Source: Alphaproteobacteria bacterium
GTDB lineage: Bacteria; Pseudomonadota; Alphaproteobacteria; Bin95
Reading direction: 5' to 3'
NCBI GenBank assembly: GCA_964291285.2
Contig: OZ219785.1
Location: forward strand, 512,001-576,000
Length of the DNA stretch: 64,000 nucleotides
The notes under the pieces are model-generated. The model searched no databases. It was not told the DNA's origin and saw nothing but the letters and a program-made list of their open reading frames with translations. Made by a program: the position numbers and the translations under genes. This document shows positions 54,216 through 64,000 of the stretch, one piece after another. Numbering within the stretch: the first letter of the stretch is position 1; every line of letters starts with the position of its first letter.

Positions 54216-54448
54216 GTGCGGAGCTTCCCCAAGCACAGTCGCCCGAAGTTAGAGCATAGTCCTGCCGGTTTGAACCCGGATTATCGCCGCTCCGGGAGGC
54301 GGATGGACAATGGAGACGGAGGCTGGGACAATATGCCGGACATGCAATCGGCACCCGATTCCCTCGCCCGATGTGCCCACCTGCTCTCTTGCGCGGCGGG
54401 CGTCCTTCCCTCTTCCGTTTCCCGGTTCGACGGTCCGCTGCGTTGACC

Positions 54449-55810
54449 ATGGACGCCTGCATAGCGCTCGTCATGGCCCGGCGATGGCTGACCGTTCTGG
54501 TCAGCCTGCTGGTCGTGCTGGCCCTGGCGGCAGGCGCGGCGCGCGTCGTTGAGGTCGATGTCGATGTCCGGAACCATTTCGGCCATGACGATCCGTATAT
54601 CGTCGCGCTCGACCGGCTGGAGGAAACCTATGCCCTGTCCGACGCCGCGCTCGTCGTGGCCGCGCCGCGGGAGGGCACGATTTTCACGCGCGAGGCGCTT
54701 GCCGCTATCGAGGATCTGACCGACCGGCTCTGGCAGACGCCCTACGTCACCCGCGTCGATTCGATAACCAACTACCAGCACAGCGAAGGCCTCGAGGACG
54801 AGCTGATCGTCGAGCCGCTGATCGGCGACGCCGCGTCGCTGAGCGACGATGACCTGGGGCAAATCGAAGAAATCGCGCTCGGCACCGAGGAAATCGCCGG
54901 GCGTTTCGTTTCCCGCAACGGTCGCGTCGCCGGCCTGGTGGTGAGCGTGGCTCTTCCCGACACGGACCGGCAATCGGCCAAGGCGGAGGTGACGAATTTC
55001 CTCCGCGCCACGGCCGTCGAATCCCGGGAAGAACACGCGGCCATCGACTACCATCTCACCGGCGAGCTCGTGCTCAACCGCGCCATGCGCGAGGCGATCG
55101 ACGAGGATATGAGCATCCTCGCGCCGGCGGCGCTCGGCACGATGCTGGTCGTCGCCGTCATCCTGCTGCGCTCGCTGTGGGGCACGCTTGCCATCGTCAT
55201 CATGCTGGTTGCCGTCCTGGCTTCCTCGGTGGGCTTTGTCGGCTGGACCGGCATGAAGTTCTTCGGCGAGAGCGGCGCGGCGCTGTTCGTGCTGATGGCG
55301 GTCACCGTTGCGCATTCCGTGCATATGTTCGAGGGCGTGGCGGCGGGCCTGCGCCGGGGTCTGGACCGGCGGCAGGCGGTGATCCAGTCGCTGCGGGTCA
55401 ATCTGTGGCCGGTCTTCCTGACATCGCTCACGACGGCAATCGGATTCCTCAGCCTGAATTTCGCGGATATGCCGCCCTTCCGGGTCATGGGCAACATGGT
55501 GGCATTCGGCAGCTTGTGCGCGTTCGTCTATGCGGTGACGCTCCTGCCCGTGGTCCTTTCGGCGATGCCCCTGCGCGTCCGTGCTGCAGCCGCAGGCGAA
55601 TCCGATCTTTTCGACCGCTTCGGCCGGTTCGTCGTTTCCCGCCGCACGGTTCTGCTCGGCGCGTTCGGCGTCCTGGTCGTCGTGCTCGTCGCCGGCATCT
55701 CGCGGATCGAGCTCAAGGAGAATTGGCTGGAGCTTCTCGACGAGAGCTACGAGTTCCGCCGGTCCACGGACTTCATCAGCGAGAATTTCACCGGTGTAAA
55801 TCTCGAATGA
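54449..55810 (+). pseudogene. MMPL/RND-family transporter, C-terminally truncated
   Basis: TM1, periplasmic loop, TM cluster, LTSLTTAIGF. The second repeat stops right after ENFTG, where lower-GC sequence begins (about 55795). Confidence 0.8.
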
Positions 55811-56178
55811 GATTTTTCATGTTAGGGCACTATCTGACAGAGGGTCGCATTCCTCCCATGAAGGGGGCTTGAATACTGGATATTTCCGGGCATGGCAAGA
55901 GGCATTGGCACGAAATCAGACTGACCTACAGGAAGGTCCTGAACGCGATAGTGGCACTGGGGGAAGTAAAACAGTGACAACGCACTGTTTCCGGGGGGCA
56001 TTGAGGGTAGCCTGATGCATGAATGCGGTTCTGGTAAGAAGGAAGTCACGACCATCGTGGTGATGTACTAAATCGACCTGTGAGAGGATAAATATGATAA
56101 TTGATATAGGAGAAATGCAAGCATGCTTGCTGGTAAAGCACGGAATTCTGATGGCTGCGGCAGGTCCGGCGGCGGCGT

Positions 56179-56416
56179 CATGAGCCGGGCTCCGGGGGGC
56201 CGGCGCACGCAGCATGCGGTGATGGCGACGGCGAACGAGTGGACACGCATCAGGGAGCTTGCCGACGAGGCGGGCATGGAGATATCGCGCTGCATCGTTC
56301 ACCGGGCCATCATGGCGGAGGCCGCGCCGGCCGTCGTGATGCGGCGCGCGGTGCGCGAACTGCTGGGCGAACTGCTGGTGCTGCTGGCGAAGATCGAGCA
56401 GGAGCGCATGGCGTAA
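56179..56416 (+). CDS. Small putative ribbon-helix-helix (MobC-like) protein, probably a remnant
   Basis: QHAVMATANEWTRIRELADEAGMEISRCIVHRA fits a strand-helix-helix pattern. Confidence 0.45.
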
Positions 56417-56834
56417 CTGGAAACGGGCGAAAGATGTCGCGCCGACATGCGGAACCGCGAGCAAGGAATGGCGCATCCGGCGGCAAGATCGTAGAACCTC
56501 CGGCAATCATGAACGATATGCGGCGCGGGCGACTCCTCCGATGAGGACGCTCGCAAGGAGCGCCTATGCAGGCAAGGGTTCGACGGCGTGACCTCGGCAC
56601 AGTTTGACGGAGGGGCGTGGATCGAGCGCGTTGTGGAGCTGCTTCCGCCGCTGGCGCAGGCGCAGGAACCCTATCTGCGCGAATTTCAGAAACGGTATGC
56701 GCGCGTGATTGACCTGCGGGACGGCAAACCGCCGCCTTTCCCGCTGGACGATTTGCGCCTGCTCTACGACGAGGTTCGCGACAGCAGGCCCTGGGGTCTG
56801 GAAGCGCACTATGCGCCCTTGCGCGCGGTGCTGG

Positions 56835-56928
56835 ACCCGGTGCACCCGGTGCGTACCCGGTGCGTACCCGGTGCGTACCCGGTGCGTACCCGATGCGTCA
56901 CGCACTGCTGGGTCACGCACTGCTGGGC
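56835..56928. repeat. 11-bp tandem repeat plus 15-bp duplication
   Basis: ACCCGGTGC followed by (ACCCGGTGCGT)x5 with the last unit variant, then CACGCACTGCTGGG[T/C] x2. Confidence 0.92.
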
Positions 56929-57244
56929 CATCCGACGCTCGAACGGGTCGCGGTAACGGACCGCTTGATCGGCGACAATCGATTCTCGATGGAGATTCCC
57001 GGTTCCGGCGGGGATATCCACGCGGGGACATTGATTGCCGGGCTGATGGCGAGGGCTGCGGAGCTGCCGGATGCGGGTTCCGGACGGCTGTGCGCGAGCT
57101 GGGCGCATTTCTCTCGCCCCTCGGAGACGGGGTGGCGGCCGATGCGCTCGGCAGTCTCGACGAGGCTTGCGACATGTTCCTGTTCTATGGTCTTGCGTTG
57201 TCCGAGAGGATTGTGATGACGGACGGCATGGTGTTGCTGCCGTA

Positions 57245-57450
57245 CAAAACCTTCATTGCCGGGCGGGTCGGCCACCCCGTATCATGAAAACAGGTGCCGG
57301 CCGCGCGGGCGGGACTTCGGGCTTTTACGGGGTTGCCTACCGGTCACGGTCCGCAAGACGGGCGCCGCAGATGGCGAATATCGGACGCCTCGGGAGCAGT
57401 GCTTTGGCGGGGAGGGGTTTTGTGCGCCCGATCCCCAACAATTTTCACGG
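57245..57450. mobile_element. Solo copy of the 205/206-bp non-autonomous mini-element
   Basis: Same length as the units in ISAs1 with about 6 substitutions; interrupts the HEPN gene between LLPY and (Q)EVLRF. Confidence 0.88.
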
Positions 57451-58394
57451 CAAGAAGTGCTGCGGTTCGCGGACGAGGACCTGGTTAGGGAGTTTGCGCC
57501 GTCAGGCGCGGGATTCCACGGCTGGCGGGCGGTGGGAGCGGTGGCCCGGCCGTTCCGATGGCGGCCCGAATTCCGCCGAAGGGCCAGATTGAACGGGCCA
57601 GTGGGACCGCCGTCACCGCCGTTTTTCCCGGAGGCGGCGGTATTTCTGGACTTGCTGGCGGTGAGTCACGCGACGCGCGTTACGCCGCTCGCAGCATTGT
57701 CGAACCGCATCGACGGTTCGGCCGGGCGACTGCTGGGCCGGGAGAAGCAGAGTCCTGGCATTTACCGGAGCTGCCCGGCAGAGGGCTTCAGCGGATTCGA
57801 CGAATGCCCGGCGATGGACCAGGAGGCGCTGGCGGAAGCGCTGGAGGCTTTTCGCAACCGGGAGAACCCTTGCTACGAGAGGATGGCGCCGATCGTTACG
57901 CGGTTGTCGGAGGCGCTCGCGAGGAACGGGCGGTTCGCGGTCGCTGACAGGGTTCAGGATGTCGCGATGGCGCTTGAGCGAATGTATGTGCTGGATGAGC
58001 CCAACATCGGACGCAAGTTACGCAACCGCACGGCGCGGTTTCTGGGAACCGATGCGGCTAGCGAGAAGGGAATCCGCGAGAACGTAAGGGAACTCTACGC
58101 CGTGCGATCGGACATCGTTCACAACCGGTTGCACAGGCTGACGCCGGAGAGAGTCCAATCGGCGTTCGTCCGGGGCTTCGACATCGCACGGCAGTCGCTG
58201 TTCAAGCTGCTGCGCACGGGGCCGCCGGAGGACTGGGCTGCGTCAAGGGGCAACGGGAGCCAGGGGACCAGCACGAAGCGGGCAATCCAGGAGCGACAAA
58301 GCGGGACCCGGGCACCTGAAGGGTAGGCTTCCCGGTATCTCTTGGTACGAAATGACCATTGGTTCGTGGGCCGAAAGTGTGGCCGCGGGTGATG

Positions 58395-58490
58395 GAATGT
58401 GGTCAGGATGACCGTTTGGCGGTATGGGAGTTGCGGCTTCACCAGCTGTATCGGGCGATGGCTTGGCTCAGGGAGGAGCTGGAGGCGGCG
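58395..58490 (+). pseudogene. IS1634-like transposase fragment
   Basis: LRLHQLYRAMAWLREEL resembles the IS1634-family motif L.LHHLYRAMAWLGEEL. Confidence 0.55.
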
Positions 58491-58612
58491 GGCGGCCGTG
58501 AGCGGCGTGGAGCTCTCACGCTTCCTCGTTCATTGCACGCTGGCAGTGGTCCTGCGCCGGGCACGGGCTATCGGGCACAGCGCGCCTTGAAACCGGCCTG
58601 CGGACGGGTTAT

Positions 58613-60308
58613 CCTAAATCCGGCAGTTGAGTATGGCGTGGCCTTGCCGAATCCCTTGTAGTCTTCGGGTATGAGCGGCTTTTCAGGGGCCGAAGAGGCT
58701 CACCCTGTGGGTGATTATCCTGGCGCTGTGCGGGATGTCGCCCGAGCGTTCGTGAAGGTTGACACCTTCGGCGGCGCGGTTCATGTGGAATGGGACCCTG
58801 ATGCGGCGGTGACGCCGCTGGGCCATCTGGCGTTTTTCGCGGAATAGCTGAAGGTGAGCGGTCGCTTTGACGCTTTGGTTGCGGACTGCCCGCTGCGGTA
58901 CACGAGCCCGAACGCGCCGTCGAAGCGGGATGTCCTGGGGACGGTTCTTCTGTCGGTTCTGGCGGGGCAGTCTCGCTATGCGCACATCACGTCGCTGCGC
59001 GGCGACGGGGTGAACCCTGCGCTGCTGGGTATGGACAAGGTTGCGAGCGAGGATTCGGTGCGGCGCGGTCTGGAGCGGATCGGTGCGGATGTCGGCACAT
59101 CGTGGCTTCAGGGCCATCTGGACGAGGTGGTCCGTCCGCTGCTGAGGGAGCCGTGGGTTCTGGACTGCGACACGACGATCAAGGCGCTTTACGGTCGTCA
59201 GGAGGGAGCGGTTGTGAGCTACAACCCGAAGAAGCCGGGCCGCCCCTCGCATGCCTGCCATGCGTTCCTGATGGCGGGCACGCGGCTTGTTCTGGATGTC
59301 GAGGTGGCGCCGGGCAACCATCACCATTCGAGGCGCGCGGCGCCGTCCTTGTGGGCGTTGCTCGACCGTCTTGGGCGGGATCGCTGGCCGCGTCTGGTGC
59401 GGGGCGACAAGGACTGGGGCAGCGAGGCCAACATGGCGTCGTGCGAGGCTGCGGGTCCGGACTATCTGTTCAAGCTGCGCCTGACGAAGGGGGCGCGCCG
59501 GCTTGCCGAGCGGCTGATGGCGCGGGACGGCTGGGAGGATGCGGGCCAGGGCTGGTCGGGGATCGGGGCCGATCTGCGTCTGCAGGGCTGGAGCCGGACG
59601 CGCCGGGTTGTGGTGCTGCGTCGGCGGCTTCCTGCGACGCTGGCGCTGACGCGTGGCGACAAGGCCCAGGGCGAGCTGTTCTGGACCGAGGCGCAGCCCG
59701 GCACCGGGGTATGGGAGTTCGCGGTGCTGGCGACCTCGCTGGACCTGGAGATACGCTCGCTGGCCCAGCTCTACCGCGACCGGGCGGACGCGGAGAACGG
59801 CTTCGACGAGTTGAAGAACCAGTGGGGTTGGGGCGGCTTCACCACGCGCGACCTGACGCGCTGCCGGCACATGGCCCGGCTGGTCGCGCTCATCTACAAC
59901 TGGTGGAGCCTGTTCGTGCGCCTCGCCGACCCCGACCATCACCGCGAGGCGATCACCAGCCGGCCGCTGCTCCTGCACGGGGTTGCCCGCCAGACCCACC
60001 ACGCCGGCCAGACCCGGCTGACGGTGACCTCCCATCACGGGCGTCGCAAGACGGTGATGGCGGCGCTGCGCCGGATCGCCGGCTTCTTCCGGTCGCTGAC
60101 GCAAACTGCGGAGCAGTTGAGCGCCGGGGATCGCTGGCGCCGCATCCTCGCCGAGGCGCTCAGGAAATACCTCCATGGCCGCGAACCGGGGCGTCAACCC
60201 TGGCTGCCGCCACCCAGGGCCGCGACCACGTGCTGAAATCCACGCCCAAATCCGACCGTTCACACTACCCCGAGACAGCGATCAAGCTCGTCAACTGCCG
60301 GATTTAGG
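58613..60308 (+). mobile_element. IS1380-family insertion sequence
   Basis: Perfect 18-bp terminal inverted repeats CCTAAATCCGGCAGTTGA; 5-bp target duplication GTTAT (58608-58612, 60309-60313). Confidence 0.92.
58671..60236 (+). pseudogene. IS1380-family transposase with in-frame TAG at 58845-58847
   Basis: ATG 58671 is in frame: VDTFGGAVHVEWD..VTPLGHLAFFAE*LKVSG, then LDCDTT, YNPKKPGRPSH, VRGD, YRDRADAENGFDELK. Confidence 0.85.
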
Positions 60309-60385
60309 GTTATGGGTTGCACCGGCGGGTTCGCTGCGGCCGTGCAGGCGCGGCGGCTTGGAATTCGGGACGGGAGGATGGGGCC

Positions 60386-63300
60386 ATGACGCGGATGCCG
60401 GGCGATGTCGGGATGCATGACCTGCGGCTCTTCGGGCGGAGCGCCTCACGCGCGCGCGAACCCGAACTCGTTGTACCCCCCCCCCCCCTCAAGAGTCAGG
60501 GCGCGGGGCTGAACCGGTGGGCGCCCCCGGGAGAACCGCCCGCCGCCTGAGCGCGGGACTCGCTGCCCTCTTCCTCATCACACTGACCACCGTCTTTGCG
60601 CCGCAGGCTGCGCAGGCGCAGACCCCCGTTCTTACCGCAACAGCGGGGGACGGGCAGGTGACGCTGAACTGGACGTATACCGGCAGCGGGCTAACCGGTT
60701 GGGGGTACAAGATCAATGGCGGTACATATACTTGGGCTGGGACACCCATCGTTATTCCAGCTTCCAACTCCGGCACCAGAAGCCACACGGTAACGGGCCT
60801 GACGAACGGAACCGCTTATCAGTTCATTGTCTACGCGCAGACTGATGCCAATACAGCTTTCCGTCAAAGCAACCAGGTGAGCGCCACACCGCAGGTGCCG
60901 GCCCCGACGCTGGTCTCCGGACCGGACAGCACCATCAGGACCGCCGAGACGACGACGCAGGTGTGCTACAACCTGCTTTCGGTCTCGCAGGGTGCGACCA
61001 CGTACCTGGAGGCGCGTCAGGGCAAGACGGCCGTGACCGCGCATTCGGTGCTCTCCGACGCGAGCCTCGGCGTCGAGATCACGCAGGCTCCCGCCGGCAT
61101 CACGAAGGGGCGCGGCGTCAACCTCAGTCCCTGCGTCAATCTGGGCAAGGGCACACATACCGTCACCTGGAGCTGGAGGGGCCAGGACGGCACCGCCACG
61201 GCGGGCACGACCTCCACCACCGTCACCATCACCGACCCCGCGCCCGCACAGGCGAAGCCGGCGCTTACGGCAACCGCGGGTGTCGGCAGTGTCACACTCA
61301 CCTGGACTCGTACCGGCAACACTGGATTTGGATATTGGGTTTACCGACAGGGGGTCACCGGAGGAGGTTACGGCGACTGGATCGATATACCGGGCGGCGC
61401 CACCATCAGAGCCCACACGGTCACAGGGTTGAACGCCGGCACCTCCTATACCTTCCAGGTGGCAAGGGCGGAAGGTGCCGGTCTTAACTTTTCCGTCTTC
61501 GCTAGTGGGGGAGGGTACTCGAACGCGGCCACGGCGACGCCAACGGCGGCCACGACCACGACGCCCGCCGCGCCGACGGGTCTGACGGCGACGCCCGGCG
61601 GCCCCGCGCAGGTGTTGCTGACGTGGACCAAGCCGGCCGGCACGATCACCGGCTACAAGCTGCGCTACGCCAAGACGCCGTCAAAGGCCAGCGCCACGTG
61701 GGGTACCATGACGGGTTCGGGCGCGAACACCGTGAGGCACATGGTGACGGGTCTGGACAACGCCGCCGAATACAGTTTCATGATCCGTGCGGTGAACGCC
61801 TCCGGCGACGGCGCCGCCACGGGCTGGGTGACGGCGACGCCTGCGGACAGCTGCCCTGGCGTGGGAGCACCGACGAACCTGAGCCTTGCGCCGCGTTCGG
61901 ACGGGTTTGCCGTCACCTGGAATGCACCGACCGATATCTTACGCAACGGCTGGGAATTGTCTTACAAGAAGACCGGGGGAAGTTCGAGCTCTGTCACCAT
62001 CTCGGATGCCGCCGCGACCAGCCACACGCTGACCGGCCTGGACGCCGGCACCGAATACGAGATCGCTCTTCAAGCGACGCATCCTGTCAATCCCGATCCT
62101 ACTGCGTCATGCCCTCCAGGCTCCCGCGCAAAAGCCACCGGCACGACCCTCGCGGCCGCGATGCCGACCATCACCCTCACCGCCGCGACGGGGGACGGGC
62201 AGGTGACGTTGTCCTGGACCTATACCAACGACGATGGGGAGGCGTTTGATCACTGGCGGTACGCGCAGAAGAAAGGCAGCGGAAGCTACAGCTTTGGCGT
62301 GGAGATTCCCGGCGGCAAGACCGTCCGAACGCACACCGTGACAGGTCTGGAAAACGGCGCCGCATACACTTTCAAGGTCTCACGCGGAGTTACGAGTCCT
62401 CCACCTGCGATGATCCAGTCAACAGCAGATCCTGACTCCAACGAAGTCACCGCCACACCCACGGCGGCCCCCACCGTCGCCGTCCCCGCGGCGCCGACGG
62501 GGTTGTCGGCGGAGGCGGGCAACCGTCAGGTGAAGCTGACGTGGACCGATCCGGACGACGATTCGATCACGAGGTATCGGGTGCAGCAGAGGAAGGGCAG
62601 CGCCGCCTGGGGCAGCTGGACCGCGATTTCCGGTTCGGACGCGGACACCACGACCCACACGGTGACGGGTCTGGACAACGACAGCGAGTACCGCTTCCGC
62701 ATCCGGGCGCGGAACAGCGGCGGCAACGGCGCCGCGTCGGCGGTGGTGGAGGCGACGCCGTCGGCGTCGGCGGCGGTTCCCAAGCCGGTGCTGAGCGCCG
62801 AACCGGGTTACGCCAGGGTCACCCTGAGCTGGAGCGCCTTGTCGGGTGTGACGGTTGCGAGCTGGGGTTATCAGTACAAGCCCGCGGGCGGCAGCTGGAT
62901 CAGGACCCGGACGGTCACCGGCGGCAGCACGACGAGCGCCACGGTGACGGGTCTGACGATCGGGACGGAATACACGTTCCGGCTGTTCGCCGCGGTCGGT
63001 CCCGGTGTGCAGTCGGTGTGGTCGGACCAGGTGAAGGCGACGCCGACGAACAAGGTTCCCAAGCCGGTCCTGACGGCGGCAGGAGGCGATGCCTCGGTCA
63101 CCCTGAGCTGGAGCGGCCTGTCGGGCATTCCGATAACGAGCTGGGGCTACCAGTACAAGAGCACGGGGGGCTGGAACACGACCACGACGGTCACGGGCAG
63201 AAGCAGGACGAGCGTCCGGGTGACGGGGCTGACGAAGGGGACGGACTACACGTTCCGCCTGTTTGCCGCGGTCAGTCCCGGGGTGCAGTCGGTGTGGTCG

Positions 63301-64000
63301 GACGAGGTGACGGCGAAGACCGATCCGGCGGCCCCGGTGCTGACGGCGGCGACCTCGACGACGAACGGGCAGATCGACCTGACCTGGACCCATGCCGGCG
63401 GCTCGAACGAGTTGTCGGATGCGGACGACTATGTGAAAGACGCGGCCAAGTTCCATTGGTGGAGAGCGCAGACCCGGCTGAAGGGCGAAACCGCCTGGAC
63501 GGATCGCAGTCTCAACCAGGCCAGTGCCAGACAGAACCCGGGCTCTCGCAGCAATCGGCTTCTGCTGAACTATCCTGACGGGGCATCGGTCGAGGTCCGG
63601 GTTCGGGCAACGGGCTATCGCATGGCGGGTGTCGCCGGGGGAACGGGCAACCTTCAGGGTCCCTGGTCGAACATCCGTACGGTGACCTTCAAGGACGACA
63701 CCACGGCGGCGCTCACGCTGACCGGGACGCCGGTGACGGTGGCGCCCGGTTCCACGGCGACCTACACGGTGGCGCTGACGAAGGCGTATGCGGGGACGCT
63801 GCGGATCACGAGCGACACCACGGCGGCGGCGCGGGTAAGTCCGGCGAGCCTGACCTTCACGACCGCCAACTACAACACGGCGCGGACGGTGACGGTGACC
63901 GGTGTGGCGAACGGCACGGCGGTGATCAACCACGCCTTCCGGCTGACGGGGGCTTCTGCGGATGCGATCCCGGATGCGGGCACGGTGGACGTGACGGTGG
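60386..64000 (+). CDS. Large secreted fibronectin type III repeat protein; frameshifted at the C tract and running off the window
   Basis: A frame open from 60421 to the window end encodes signal peptide RRLSAGLAALFLITLTTVFAPQAAQA and about 9 FN3 repeats (LTATAGDGQVTL.W...HTVTGL.NG..Y.F) plus Ig-like spacers. An in-frame GTG at 60517 is an alternative start. Confidence 0.85.
60476..60488. repeat. C13 homopolymer in the 5' region of the FN3 gene
   Basis: 13 consecutive C lie between RBS-linked ATG 60386 and the signal-peptide frame. Confidence 0.9.

Larger units (their letters stand above)
56588..58326 (+). pseudogene. HEPN-domain (Apea-like) protein, disrupted at several points
   Basis: The protein can be stitched across four frames and ends in ALERMY...ELYAVRSDIVH (RxxxxH). 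Lesions are a repeat expansion, a frameshift near 57075 and the mini-element insertion. Confidence 0.75.

Noticed and set aside
57246-57450. Mini-element as a group I intron (205 nt, ends in G, removal restores frame)
   Set aside because: No recognisable P7 or other group I core motifs by eye, and it also occurs as a dimer in non-coding DNA. An Infernal search would settle it.

Overview
A high-GC alphaproteobacterial chromosome segment (inferred from GapR/DUF2312, IalB, and the carAB-greA and YqeY-dnaG-rpoD gene order). Core and metabolic genes (acs, dcd, rpoD, dnaG, carAB, greA, pyk, thiolase, solute symporter, purine ABC transporter with guaD) are interleaved with mobile DNA. The mobile DNA includes two apparently identical 2,490-bp ISAs1-family elements whose transposase has an N-terminal DUF4338 (DruA/Mom-like) domain, an IS256, an IS1380 with an amber stop, and an IS1634 fragment. 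The most notable observations are: (1) a 205/206-bp structured non-coding mini-element, present as a head-to-tail dimer inside both ISAs1 copies and as a solo insertion in a HEPN gene; (2) two solo IS630-type HTH genes, each behind a similar SOS-like promoter and a tiny upstream minigene; (3) a promoter-led non-coding region with helically phased CATGACA repeats; (4) a greA/acyl-CoA dehydrogenase recombination scar flanking an orphan molybdo-enzyme gene; (5) a large fibronectin-III surface protein whose likely start is out of frame across a C13 tract. No rRNA, tRNA or CRISPR array was seen. All calls come from reading the sequence by eye; no database searches were run.
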